In this document: positions 1 to 9,077 of the stretch, one piece after another
How positions within the stretch are numbered: position 1 is the stretch's first letter
Layout of the letters: the number at the start of each line of letters is the position of its first letter
Source of the DNA: Pseudobdellovibrionaceae bacterium
GTDB lineage: Bacteria; Bdellovibrionota; Bdellovibrionia; Bdellovibrionales; Bdellovibrionaceae
Length of the DNA: 23,263 nucleotides
Assembly: GCA_041288045.1 (NCBI GenBank)
Contig: JBGGMM010000072.1
Span: 1-23,263 of the forward strand
Reading direction: 5' to 3'
Notes under the pieces: generated by a model
Database searches by the model: none
What the model was told of the DNA's origin: nothing
The model's input: only the letters and a program-made list of their open reading frames with translations
Program-made: the position numbers and the translations under genes

Positions 1-247
1 GTGCGAGTTTTCCATCTGAATCATCAAGACAAGCCTGCAAACTTGGAAAAATTTTTTTAAAATTCAAATCGTCCGAGATCAGCTCAATCTGATCGTCGTC
101 CAGCGGGGTGATTTCCGCGGTGGTCATGATATCAATGGCAATATTCACAGTTGTCGCTCCACCGACGAAATTGTAAAGAGGCCAGAGATCCAAAGTTCCT
201 CCAGCCAGATCCACTCGAGTGGGAGAGCGCACGACAATTGTTTTCAT
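1..247 (-). CDS. GHMP-family sugar kinase (HddA/galactokinase-like), 5' part only; runs off the window
   Basis: Not in the ORF track; translated by hand. The ATG at 247 overlaps the TGA of the upstream gene (ATGA). The frame stays open to position 2: MKTIVVRSPTRVDLAGGTLDLWPLYNFVGGATTVNIAIDI... The P-x-R-x-D-L-A-G-G-x-x-D pattern is GHMP kinase motif I. Confidence 0.8.
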   Translation of the reverse strand, partial: MKTIVVRSPTRVDLAGGTLDLWPLYNFVGGATTVNIAIDIMTTAEITPLDDDQIELISDDLNFKKIFPSLQACLDDSDGKLA

Positions 248-1551
248 GGGGCCTTTTCTTTGTTGATCAGTTCATTCAGATTTAAAGAGTTTATATCACT
301 TTCAAGAATTGTAAAAGTCTGAGGGAAAGCCGAACTTTTAGCAAAATAAACCTTTGCTTCACCAGAATTGACTTTGCTTTTCTGCAGATCACCCCACTGC
401 AGTTGAAAAACATCCTTTTCATCGTTTCGAAGCAAAATTTCGTTTTCAAACTGAGCCTTGCCACTGCCATTGTATTCAGCCAAAGACAGGCCTCGGAGTT
501 TTTCAAGCAAAGTCCTGGCCCTCTCATCATCCATTGGCAAAACTCCAGATTTTGAGCCCAATTTGATTTCAATTTTTTTCACGTTGGATTTATCAAACTG
601 AAAGGGCTCGGATCGATCGCGAAAAGATTCAGCCGTCATTTGATAGAATTTATCAGAGTCTTGAGGAGAGATCTTCAGCACTTGCACTGGCTCACTCACC
701 TGCACCCGGTGGACATGATCGGGACCCATGGCAAATCGGGCCGTCCATTTTTTCCCGTCTTTGAAAACAGCCATCAGCTTCAGCATCGGCGAAGTCAATT
801 TCCACTGATTGAGTTCCTTGGCCGACACAGCTCCTTCAGCAATAAACTCGATGGCATTGGTGGTGTTGAGCATTCCTAAAAGTTCACGGACTTTATTTTG
901 ATCCAGATTCCATTCTGGATGAGAGTCCAAAACCCAGCCCATTTCCTTCTTGGTCAATTGAAACCGCTCTTTGCGAGTTTCAAACTGAAGCTTTTCGACT
1001 TGAGAATTGGGAAATCTCATCAATCGTTTGTCGCGAAAATCGAGAAGAGTTTTTTCAAATTTTGGAAACCATGTGGAGCTCACGACCAGGACCTTGGTTT
1101 CATTGTTTTTGCGTAGAAAGGCCTGGCCTTCAAAATTTTTCTGCTTTCCAACTGTGAAATTGAAAACATCGCCTTTGTTCGTCGTGACTGAAATATTCCC
1201 CAACGGTTGATCCAAACCATAAATGGCAAAATCCACCTGGCTGCCCTCGGTTGCGACTTCTGTCATTTTTTCTGTGACCAGGCCTTCAACAAAATCGTCA
1301 CTGGCTTTTTGATCGGCCATTTCCTGAAGGGGCTTCACAACCTTCCAGCCCTCTTTTTCTTTGACCACTTCGACATCGGCAGCTGTGGAATGAATTTGAA
1401 ACTGACGAATTTCATCAGCATCAACAGGGATTAAGTAATTGTTTTCAGATTTGCGCTCGTCTTCGATTTTTGAAGATTGAAAGTCATACACGGCATAACC
1501 GACGACCACAGCCACCAGTGCCGCAAACCCCATCAGCTTTTTTTTCTTCAT
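244..1551 (-). CDS. DUF4340-domain membrane-anchored periplasmic protein
   Basis: Start placed at MKKKKLMG (ATG 1551), which overlaps the stop of the GldG-like gene. One N-terminal TM helix, then repeated W-x(3)-P...AD...YGL-x-x-P units typical of DUF4340. This family commonly follows gldAFG-like operons. Confidence 0.75.
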   Translation of the reverse strand: MKKKKLMGFAALVAVVVGYAVYDFQSSKIEDERKSENNYLIPVDADEIRQFQIHSTAADVEVVKEKEGWKVVKPLQEMADQKASDDFVEGLVTEKMTEVATEGSQVDFAIYGLDQPLGNISVTTNKGDVFNFTVGKQKNFEGQAFLRKNNETKVLVVSSTWFPKFEKTLLDFRDKRLMRFPNSQVEKLQFETRKERFQLTKKEMGWVLDSHPEWNLDQNKVRELLGMLNTTNAIEFIAEGAVSAKELNQWKLTSPMLKLMAVFKDGKKWTARFAMGPDHVHRVQVSEPVQVLKISPQDSDKFYQMTAESFRDRSEPFQFDKSNVKKIEIKLGSKSGVLPMDDERARTLLEKLRGLSLAEYNGSGKAQFENEILLRNDEKDVFQLQWGDLQKSKVNSGEAKVYFAKSSAFPQTFTILESDINSLNLNELINKEKAP

Positions 1552-3086
1552 GCGTATCTCCTGCGATACCAAAGAAATCCACTGGCAGCGATCAAAAGCA
1601 GAGGAAGCGGAATGATAAACCCAAAAACAAAAATATAAAACTGGGTTTCGGTGATTTGCAGCTTTGTCACATCCACTTCTTTGGGAGAAATGCTGATCAC
1701 ATTTTCTTCTTTCGCAAGAAAGGCCACCGAATTCAAAGCCAAATCCCGGTTGAGATTTTTATACAAGAGCTGGTTGGAAAGAAAATCCACATCACCAAAG
1801 AGAACTAAATGAAAATCTTTGGACTTGCTATCGGCGCCTGGAAATTTTCCCTTCAACAAAGCTGCCGTCACAAAGGGCCCCACATCGGCCGCCCCTTTAA
1901 AGGTTGCATCTGGAAAAGCCATTGAATTGGATTCGGTCTTTGCCAATTCTTCGAAGGTCACACCTTCAGGAACTTTTCCCTTGATCAAAGGCGAAGGAAT
2001 TCGCATCAAAATAAAATCACCGCGGCCAAAAGGCTTGGTGATCGCTTCGGTCGAAGAAAAAATGGTGACCGGTGTGGCCTGAGGATTCACAGCTTTCCCT
2101 AAAGCCGTCTCCATCACTTGAACCACCAGTGTGCCTGGAACTTTGACTCCCATTTTATTGAAAAGCGGATTCAAGCCATGATCGGCTTTGCCCTTCACTG
2201 CTAGAACCAAACTTCCACCTCGAGTGAGATATCTTTCCAAAGCTTGGACTTCTCGTTCTTGAAAGCTTTGCTCAGGCCCGGCGACAATCAAAAGATCTGC
2301 ATCGGTTGGCACTTCGGGAGCTTGATTCAAATTCAATGGAGACACCAGATATCGATTGCCTTCCAGCAATTTCTTAAAAGCATTTAACCCACTGGCCTCT
2401 TGCGCGTCTTCCCAATCCCTTTCGCCATGACCAATGGTGAAGAAAACTTTTTTGTCTTTTTCGCGGGTGACTTTAACCAAGGCCCCAGTCAGCTCTTGCT
2501 CATCGATTTTTTCAATTTTATTGCGACGGCCTTTGTATTCTAAAAACACAAGCCCTGAACCTTTGTTGACACCATACTCTTGCGCCAGTTTGGGGTTTTC
2601 GTTCACTTCGACGAATTCCAATTTCACTTTGGGGGATTGGTCCTGATATTTTTGCACGAGATCTAAGAAGGCCCGGCGATTTTCTTCAATCCCTTCCGTT
2701 CCTTTTTTATAGAAAAAAATAATCTTTAATTCTTCACTCAGACCAGCCAGGAGCATTTTACTTTGATCAGACAGTGTGTTCACTTGCGAAGCTGAAAAAT
2801 CAAAAGTCTTGTATTTTTTAGCCCCCAAATAGTTCACTGCCACCAAAAGAGCAAGAACCAAAGCAATCATGGTTCCCATGCTCATGCCTTCTTTGGTTGT
2901 CTTGAGCGAAAAGAACTCCATCGAAATGGTGCGGTAATTCCAAAGGGCGGCTACCAAAAAAACCAAGAAGAAAACCAATGGCACCCAAAGGTAATTCACC
3001 CAACCACCCAAGAGAAAGCGCAAAACCAAAAGGCAAATCAGCGAAAGACCCGAAAGAAGAAGAAAAATAATTCCTTGATTTTTCAC
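1548..3086 (-). CDS. gldG: GldG-like ABC transporter auxiliary component
   Basis: N-terminal TM helices, a D-F-S-x(5)-TLS-x-Q-S motif, VFFTIGHGE, LIVAGP...YL-x-x-GG, LFGDVDF-x-x-N...N-x-D-L-x-L-N and a C-terminal TM ending WYRRR. GTG start. Confidence 0.8.
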   Translation of the reverse strand: MKNQGIIFLLLSGLSLICLLVLRFLLGGWVNYLWVPLVFFLVFLVAALWNYRTISMEFFSLKTTKEGMSMGTMIALVLALLVAVNYLGAKKYKTFDFSASQVNTLSDQSKMLLAGLSEELKIIFFYKKGTEGIEENRRAFLDLVQKYQDQSPKVKLEFVEVNENPKLAQEYGVNKGSGLVFLEYKGRRNKIEKIDEQELTGALVKVTREKDKKVFFTIGHGERDWEDAQEASGLNAFKKLLEGNRYLVSPLNLNQAPEVPTDADLLIVAGPEQSFQEREVQALERYLTRGGSLVLAVKGKADHGLNPLFNKMGVKVPGTLVVQVMETALGKAVNPQATPVTIFSSTEAITKPFGRGDFILMRIPSPLIKGKVPEGVTFEELAKTESNSMAFPDATFKGAADVGPFVTAALLKGKFPGADSKSKDFHLVLFGDVDFLSNQLLYKNLNRDLALNSVAFLAKEENVISISPKEVDVTKLQITETQFYIFVFGFIIPLPLLLIAASGFLWYRRRYA

Positions 3087-3088
3087 GG

Positions 3089-3862
3089 CTACCTCCAGCG
3101 TGAGCTTTCAACCACTCGTTCACAGAGAAAACAAAAAAGAAAGATCAAACTCAAAAGGAAAATCAAACTGCTGGTGCGGATGGTGCCCTCCACCAAGCCA
3201 ACCAAATGTTGATTCAAGGCGATGTGCTCAAAAATCCGTCTCGCTTCCGGCGAATCCACCACATCCACTCCAATACCTATAAACCAAACCGACATATTGA
3301 GCATCACTGCCATCACGTAGGCGACAACCGCTGATTCAGTCAGCGAGGATGCAAAAAGATCCATGGCCGCGTAAACTCCGCCGACAATGAAAATTCCTAG
3401 GAAGGCAATGATCAAAGTCGTCCAATTGAGACTGGTGAAAACCGATGTCGCTGCCGGATAGAGAAAAGAAAGAAAGCAAAGACCAAAGATCGCCATCATC
3501 ACTGCCATAAATTTGCCGCCGACAATTTCGGCCGACGTTACAGGCGAAGTCAGTAACAAATCAAAAGTGCGAAGCTTTTTCTCTTCGGCAAAAAGCCGCA
3601 TCGTCAAGGCAGGAACCACGAAAATCAAAATCAAATTGAGAATATTCAATTGCGGCAAAAAGACTTGATAGTGAATGTTGAGCTGCTGCTTGGGCATTTC
3701 CGGCTGGTAAACGAAGGATTGCAAAGCCACAGAAAATTTATTCAGAACATTCGGATACACCCAACTGAAAATCGCTGCGCACAGAAAACACACAATGTAA
3801 AAGTTGGGACTTAAATAAAAGCCTTTGGTTTCTTTTCTTGTGATTGCCAAAACTGCACTCAT
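3089..3862 (-). CDS. gldF: GldF-like ABC-2 type permease
   Basis: About 6 TM helices with the P-x-LTMRLFAEEK-x-x-x-T-x-x-LLLTSP...IV-x-GKF signature; lies between the ATPase and the GldG-like gene. Confidence 0.85.
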   Translation of the reverse strand: MSAVLAITRKETKGFYLSPNFYIVCFLCAAIFSWVYPNVLNKFSVALQSFVYQPEMPKQQLNIHYQVFLPQLNILNLILIFVVPALTMRLFAEEKKLRTFDLLLTSPVTSAEIVGGKFMAVMMAIFGLCFLSFLYPAATSVFTSLNWTTLIIAFLGIFIVGGVYAAMDLFASSLTESAVVAYVMAVMLNMSVWFIGIGVDVVDSPEARRIFEHIALNQHLVGLVEGTIRTSSLIFLLSLIFLFCFLCERVVESSRWR

Positions 3863-4806
3863 ACCTGCGCCTCATTTTTTGAATTTTGTCCGTAAGTGAG
3901 TTTTAAGAAAATATCTTCCAGGTCGGCCCGAGCTGAGCTGATCTCTAAAAGCCCATAGCCTTTTTGAATCACTTGCGAAGCAATGCGCTCCACCATCTCT
4001 TCATTTTCCTGTGTATCCAAGACCCAATCCTTCTCTGCAGTCCCGGCTTCGACTTTTAAAACACCAGGCACGGCCGAAAGAATTTGTGCTGTGTCTGTCG
4101 AGGGCTTGCGCAAACGCAAGTGAACTCGACGGTTGCCCGATTTCAGATTGGCCAGATTGCTCAAAGTGTCCTGGGCAACGATTTTCCCTTGATTGATGAT
4201 AATAATTCTCTCACAGGTCGCCTGCACTTCAGGCAGAATGTGGGTCGAAAGAATGATCGTGTGTTGACCTTTGAGTTCTTTGATCAAATCGCGAATCTCG
4301 GCCACTTGTTTGGGATCCAAACCCACTGTGGGCTCATCTAGAATCAGAACTTCGGGATCTGAAACCAGAGCCTGCGCAATTCCCACTCTTTGCTTGAAAC
4401 CCTTTGAGAGATTTTGAATCAGTCTTCTTTCAACTGAGCCCAGCTGGGTTTTCTCAATCACATTGGCCACATTTTTTTCAAGCTTGGATTTGGTCACACC
4501 TTTCAGCTCAGCGACGTATTTCAAATAATCACGGACTTTCATGTCCCCGTAGACAGGTGGTGTTTCCGGCAGGTAGCCGATTCGTCTTTTGACTTCGATT
4601 GGGTTTTCAAAAACATCGAAACCGCCGACAATGGCTTTGCCGCTAGTAGGAGCCATAAAACCTGTGATGATTTTCATGGTGGTTGATTTTCCGGCTCCAT
4701 TGGGGCCCAAGAAGCCGACGACTTCGCCCTTGTTCACTTGAAAATCAAGAGATTGAATGGCTTGAATTCCGCCATAGCTCTTGGTCAGTTTCTGGACTTC
4801 GATCAC
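3859..4806 (-). CDS. gldA: GldA-like ABC transporter ATP-binding protein
   Basis: Walker A GPNGAGKST, signature LSKGFKQR, Walker B LILDEP, H-loop LSTH. SD AGGAGG at 4812-4817 favours the GTG at 4806 over the TTG at 4809. Confidence 0.9.
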   Translation of the reverse strand: MIEVQKLTKSYGGIQAIQSLDFQVNKGEVVGFLGPNGAGKSTTMKIITGFMAPTSGKAIVGGFDVFENPIEVKRRIGYLPETPPVYGDMKVRDYLKYVAELKGVTKSKLEKNVANVIEKTQLGSVERRLIQNLSKGFKQRVGIAQALVSDPEVLILDEPTVGLDPKQVAEIRDLIKELKGQHTIILSTHILPEVQATCERIIIINQGKIVAQDTLSNLANLKSGNRRVHLRLRKPSTDTAQILSAVPGVLKVEAGTAEKDWVLDTQENEEMVERIASQVIQKGYGLLEISSARADLEDIFLKLTYGQNSKNEAQV

Positions 4807-4883
4807 CAAGACCTCCTTGAAAAACGATTGAGAAAAAGATGCATTCCAAATTTTAGGAGTCTCATTCGGAAAAGCAATCGGGA

Positions 4884-6143
4884 TCAGGGCTTTGATGCAA
4901 AGCTAAATACACGAGGATGGTGATAGGTGACTCGACCCAAACGATCACCTTTGATGGGGCGGACATGACGGCATTCTACGACCACCACGTCATATTTGAT
5001 TCCCCATTGGATTTTCTGCTGCCCCAGAGATTCTCGAATCAACCATTCAGCCACTTTTTGAATCGCCTGTTGTGAAACCTCATGATTTCGAGGACGAATA
5101 ATGATGGCGTGCGAACCGGGATAGTCCTTCAGATGCAACCATAAATCCCAAGCTTGAGCTTTTCTTAAGATGGCCAGATTGTCAGCTGCTGATTTTCCAA
5201 TCAAGGCCTCGAGTCCATCTTCCAATTGCAGCCTTCGTCCTTTGGTTTGAGTTTTCGCCATCAGCCGCGAAGCCTGAGTGGCAGGCCCTGGCAGAATTTT
5301 CGGCTCTGGATTCTGTTGAAGGTCTTTTTCAAGCTCTGCGATTTCTTCTTTGATTTTTGCCAATCGAGTTTCAGTCCCCGCTCGCTTTTTTTCTAGAGCT
5401 TTGGCTTGAGAAAAAGCATTTTCTAAATTCCAGTTTCGAGATTTTTTGGTTTGGTAAAGATCTTGAAAATCATCAATGGATTCTGAAGATATCTTGAGTT
5501 TCTCTCCGAACTCTTTCCAGCGGGCTGCCAGGTCTTCTTTCAATTGTTCTTCGATGGCCACTTGAGCTTTTCTTTTTTTCTCAATCGCTTTGAATCGAGA
5601 ATCAGCAGCTGGTTTCTTTTCTCTAGGGCCTGTCTGAAATCTTTCTTCTAGCCAGGAAAGACCCCTTTCGATCCAATCGAACGAAACTTCAGTTGTTGCC
5701 TCAGGATTGTGCGCTGGGGGAAGCTCCCGGGGTTTCTCCCAAGAAATTTTCTTCCCTTCAGATTCAGCCAGAAGATTGAAAGCTTTTGGAATCAGCTGAA
5801 ATTCCAGATGGCAGTTGCGCTCACCACCTGCCAATTCAATTTCAAGCACTCGACCTTTTCCTGGATCGACTTGAGATTTCAGAAATCGTAAATTTTTTCC
5901 GTGAGAATGAAGAAACAGCGTGATGGGTTTTTGCTTTTTCTCAATCCTGGGCGGGTTTTGCAAATAGATGAGATTCGGCTTCTGCGGATTTGTATCTAAC
6001 ACCAAATACAATTCTTTGAACTTATAGAATTGAAAGATCAAAATCTGGCCATTGGTCCAGAGATCTTGAAGCTGGGCTCCCTCCATCTCATTTTGGAGAA
6101 AGGTCGAAAAATTCTGCAATTCGGAAAAAGACAGTGAATTCAT
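4884..6143 (-). CDS. NFACT / RqcH (FbpA)-like protein with C-terminal NFACT-R (DUF814) domain
   Basis: C-terminal IGKSAADN...DLWLH-x-KDYPGSHAII matches the NFACT-R motif; central coiled coils. Start moved to MNSLSF (6143) to avoid overlap with the divergent gene at 6200. Confidence 0.8.
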   Translation of the reverse strand: MNSLSFSELQNFSTFLQNEMEGAQLQDLWTNGQILIFQFYKFKELYLVLDTNPQKPNLIYLQNPPRIEKKQKPITLFLHSHGKNLRFLKSQVDPGKGRVLEIELAGGERNCHLEFQLIPKAFNLLAESEGKKISWEKPRELPPAHNPEATTEVSFDWIERGLSWLEERFQTGPREKKPAADSRFKAIEKKRKAQVAIEEQLKEDLAARWKEFGEKLKISSESIDDFQDLYQTKKSRNWNLENAFSQAKALEKKRAGTETRLAKIKEEIAELEKDLQQNPEPKILPGPATQASRLMAKTQTKGRRLQLEDGLEALIGKSAADNLAILRKAQAWDLWLHLKDYPGSHAIIIRPRNHEVSQQAIQKVAEWLIRESLGQQKIQWGIKYDVVVVECRHVRPIKGDRLGRVTYHHPRVFSFASKP

Positions 6144-6199
6144 CACAACAATCGTAAAATGGCTCTTGGGAAAATAAATGTCCAGCCGAAAAGAAGTGG

Positions 6200-6478
6200 A
6201 TGGCAAAAGACGCTCTGTTTGAAATCTTTAAAAAGCACCTGAGCCAAATTGATCCCGAGACTCAAGGCGTTCAAGACCTGGTCTATGAAGTGGTGGGTGA
6301 TTACATCGCTCATCTGATGAAACAAGGCCATATTCCGCAAAATATGCTGGACACTTTGGAAACCGATCTTCGCGAAGAGGTCCTTGAAATCTATCGCAAA
6401 GTCACCTACGGTCATTTGAATTTAAAGTCTTACAAAGATTCACAGAAATCGAAGACGAAAACTTCGCGCTCTTCCTAA
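6200..6478 (+). CDS. Small helical hypothetical protein (92 aa)
   Basis: Fills the gap between two minus-strand genes, has natural composition and a basic tail, and carries a GCCGAAAA motif 7 nt before the ATG. Confidence 0.75.
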   Translation: MAKDALFEIFKKHLSQIDPETQGVQDLVYEVVGDYIAHLMKQGHIPQNMLDTLETDLREEVLEIYRKVTYGHLNLKSYKDSQKSKTKTSRSS

Positions 6479-6486
6479 TTCGAAAA

Positions 6487-7329
6487 TCACAGTTTCTCTA
6501 AAACCGAATAATAAATGGGTCCGCCCTGACAGCGATCTGGCCAGATGCGAATGCCAAATTCTGTGACTTCAGCTCCCACCATTGGCAAACCCTGCAGCAA
6601 CACGCGAAACTGCCCTTCTTTTTTCTTCAGAAGCCGGGCAATCACATCGTCATTTTCTAAATTGGACACTGAGCAAGTCGAATAGACGATGCGGCCTCCA
6701 GACTTGGTGGCCAAAAGGGCTGCGGTCATCAAAGCATACTGACGCTGAGCGAGTTTTTCAGATCTTGATTCTTTCCAATCCTGCAGCTCTTTTGTGTTGG
6801 CAAAAAGATGTCTCTCACCAGAGCAAGGGGCGTCCACCAGAATGCGATCAAATTTTTCCTTGTGCGTGAGGGCGAATTTTCCACCATCTTTGCCAGTGAC
6901 CCAAACCCGCTCTCGGATCTTTCTGGGAATGTACTGCTGAATGACTTTTTTTAATCTTTCGCGGCGGGCTTCTGAAATTTCGTTGGCTGTGAGCTCGCCG
7001 CTGTCTTTGAGGGCTTCGGCGAGGATCAAGGATTTTCCGCCAGGTGCTGCACAGAGATCAAGGATTTGATCTCCGCTTTGCACTTCCAGAGCTTTCGCTG
7101 CCCAGTAGCTTCCCGGATCCATGACGTAATACTTGAGGAGGCCTTCGGCATCGCGGGGAATTTCTTGGGAATCACTCATTGGGAAAAAATCAGAATCTTT
7201 CGGTGCCTCGGATGAAAACTGGTTCCAACGCCCAATTTGGATTTCTGGCTGTTGCAATGCTTCGAGCAGGATCGGCCATCTCTCGCCGTGCATGTCTTGA
7301 TAAAATCGATTGATCTTTTCTGAAAGCAA
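6487..7329 (-). CDS. RsmB/NOP (RsmF/NSUN-like) RNA m5C methyltransferase, catalytic domain only
   Basis: LDLCAAPGGKS (motif I), DAPCSG (motif IV Cys) and YSTCS (motif VI Cys). TTG start with GAGG upstream. Confidence 0.9.
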   Translation of the reverse strand: MLSEKINRFYQDMHGERWPILLEALQQPEIQIGRWNQFSSEAPKDSDFFPMSDSQEIPRDAEGLLKYYVMDPGSYWAAKALEVQSGDQILDLCAAPGGKSLILAEALKDSGELTANEISEARRERLKKVIQQYIPRKIRERVWVTGKDGGKFALTHKEKFDRILVDAPCSGERHLFANTKELQDWKESRSEKLAQRQYALMTAALLATKSGGRIVYSTCSVSNLENDDVIARLLKKKEGQFRVLLQGLPMVGAEVTEFGIRIWPDRCQGGPIYYSVLEKL

Positions 7330-7488
7330 AGAAACCTCGTTGGAGCAGATTACTTGGTGCAGACTACTCTGAGAGACATTCTGAATCCAATCCTGTCTCA
7401 GGTTCGCTGCAAGCTGACAAAAGGACTCTCGCTCTAGAATTTAATTCTTAAGCTTTGGTGGATTTCTCGATAGGATCAGTCTGATCAA

Positions 7489-7767
7489 ATGAATGAAGGA
7501 TACAAGGCTCATCTTTTTATTTGCACCAACAGCCCTGACAAAGAGGGCAAGTGTGGTTTTCAAGGTTCGGACGAGCTTCGCAAGCAACTCAAAGAGCGTT
7601 GCCGCTTAGAATTTGGCAAATCTGTTCGGGTCAATTCTGCCGGCTGCCTTGGCTTTTGCGAAAGAGGGATTGCCGCCGTGATTTATCCGCAGAACCAGTG
7701 GCTTTTGGATCTTTCCAAAGACGACGGCGAGAAAATTTTTGCCGAACTCAAAAAGTTGATGGGCTAA
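7489..7767 (+). CDS. Thioredoxin-like [2Fe-2S] ferredoxin
   Basis: HLFICTN...C...RVNSAGCLGFC-x-x-G-x-x-x-VIYP-x-x-x-W gives the four-Cys pattern of this family. Confidence 0.9.
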   Translation: MNEGYKAHLFICTNSPDKEGKCGFQGSDELRKQLKERCRLEFGKSVRVNSAGCLGFCERGIAAVIYPQNQWLLDLSKDDGEKIFAELKKLMG

Positions 7768-9008
7768 AAGCGATTGGGATCGTAAATTTTCCGGTCCAGA
7801 TCGGATTTTCCAGTCAGAATCAAATCGGCCAGCAACTGGCCAGTCCCAAATCCCGATTGCAGTCCCAACATCTGATGCCCGCAAGCCAAAGCCAAATTTT
7901 CCACTTTCTGCGAAAATCCAATCAAAGGCACTCCATCCGGAGTGCAGGGGCGAAGGCCCCGCCACGTTTCTTCGATTTTTAAATCCATTGGCACTGGCAA
8001 AAACTCTCGAGCTCCGCGGATGATGGCCTGCACTCGCCGCTCGGTGATTGAAAAGTCTTGATTCACAAGCTCCATTGTTCCAGCAATCCGTAGCGAATTT
8101 GCTCTGGGCGTGATGGCGATTTTTTTCTCAATCAACATCAGCGGATGTCGTGGCTGGGGCTGAAGAGGCGGCACAATCAGGGCGTAACCTTTACCACCGA
8201 GGATGGGAATTGAAAGCCCCAGCTCTTTGGCAATGGCTTGAGACCAGCTGCCAGTGGCGAGAACATAGGTTTCCGCTGTTCTCTCACCTTTACTGGTCTG
8301 CAGATTTTTGATTTTGCCGTTTTCAATTTTCCAACCCGTGACATCGACATTTTCTTCAATTTGAACGCCGAGCTTTTGCGCTTTTTGCGCCAGGGCCTTG
8401 ACGACTTTCAGAGGTTCAGCGTGGGCTTCCTGGGGAAAGTAAACTCCGCCCTCGAGATGACCCTGCAGCGAAGGCTCCATGTTGCGGATTTCATCCGGCG
8501 ACAGAGCTCGACCTGGGATGGCGTATCGCGAGACATAATCCAGCTCTTGCAGTGCGGCTCCGACGCCAACTTTCGATTGAGCCACCATGAGCAGGCCCTT
8601 TTTTTCAAAACCGATTTCAGGATGCTCCACGGCCAGCTTTTCATAGAGCTCAAGGCTGACTTTTGAAAGCGCCACTAGGGCTTCAGTGGCAGCTCGAGCT
8701 TTTTTCTCGCTCATCGACAGGGTGAAATGCGCGAGCCATTTGAAAAGCAGTGGATCAAGACTGGGTTTGATGTAAAGCGGGCTCTCCGGATTCATCAGCC
8801 ATTTGAGAGATTTGAAAAAAAGTCCTGGCATCGGCAATGGCAAAGCAAAACAGGGAGTCATCCATCCGGCATTTCCATAAGAGCAACCAAAGCCGATGGA
8901 GCCACGGTCCAAAACACGGACCTGAGCCCCACGCTCAGCCAATTTCACAGCAGTAGAAAGTCCGATGATGCCAGCGCCTACAATGAGAATGTCTGTGTTT
9001 GAATTCAT
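7764..9008 (-). CDS. dadA: FAD-dependent D-amino acid dehydrogenase (DadA family)
   Basis: GAGIIG Rossmann motif, SYGNAG, GKGY, W-x-GLRPCTPDG-x-P-x-IG and GH-x-x-LG. Confidence 0.85.
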   Translation of the reverse strand: MNSNTDILIVGAGIIGLSTAVKLAERGAQVRVLDRGSIGFGCSYGNAGWMTPCFALPLPMPGLFFKSLKWLMNPESPLYIKPSLDPLLFKWLAHFTLSMSEKKARAATEALVALSKVSLELYEKLAVEHPEIGFEKKGLLMVAQSKVGVGAALQELDYVSRYAIPGRALSPDEIRNMEPSLQGHLEGGVYFPQEAHAEPLKVVKALAQKAQKLGVQIEENVDVTGWKIENGKIKNLQTSKGERTAETYVLATGSWSQAIAKELGLSIPILGGKGYALIVPPLQPQPRHPLMLIEKKIAITPRANSLRIAGTMELVNQDFSITERRVQAIIRGAREFLPVPMDLKIEETWRGLRPCTPDGVPLIGFSQKVENLALACGHQMLGLQSGFGTGQLLADLILTGKSDLDRKIYDPNRF

Positions 9009-9077
9009 GGGAAAGTTTCAAAATGCTACCACCCTTGATGCGGTGGGTGAAGGAAAAAGAGAAAGGCACCCTCACCT

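Noticed and set aside
7371..7400. GAGACA...TGTCTC dyad, and scattered GTCTCA words near 4859 and 15581
   Set aside because: Six-bp arms with inconsistent spacing; not distinguishable from chance within this window.
9028..9050. CACCC...GGGTG hairpin between phoR and dadA
   Set aside because: Short stem without a properly placed U-tract; not supportable as a terminator.
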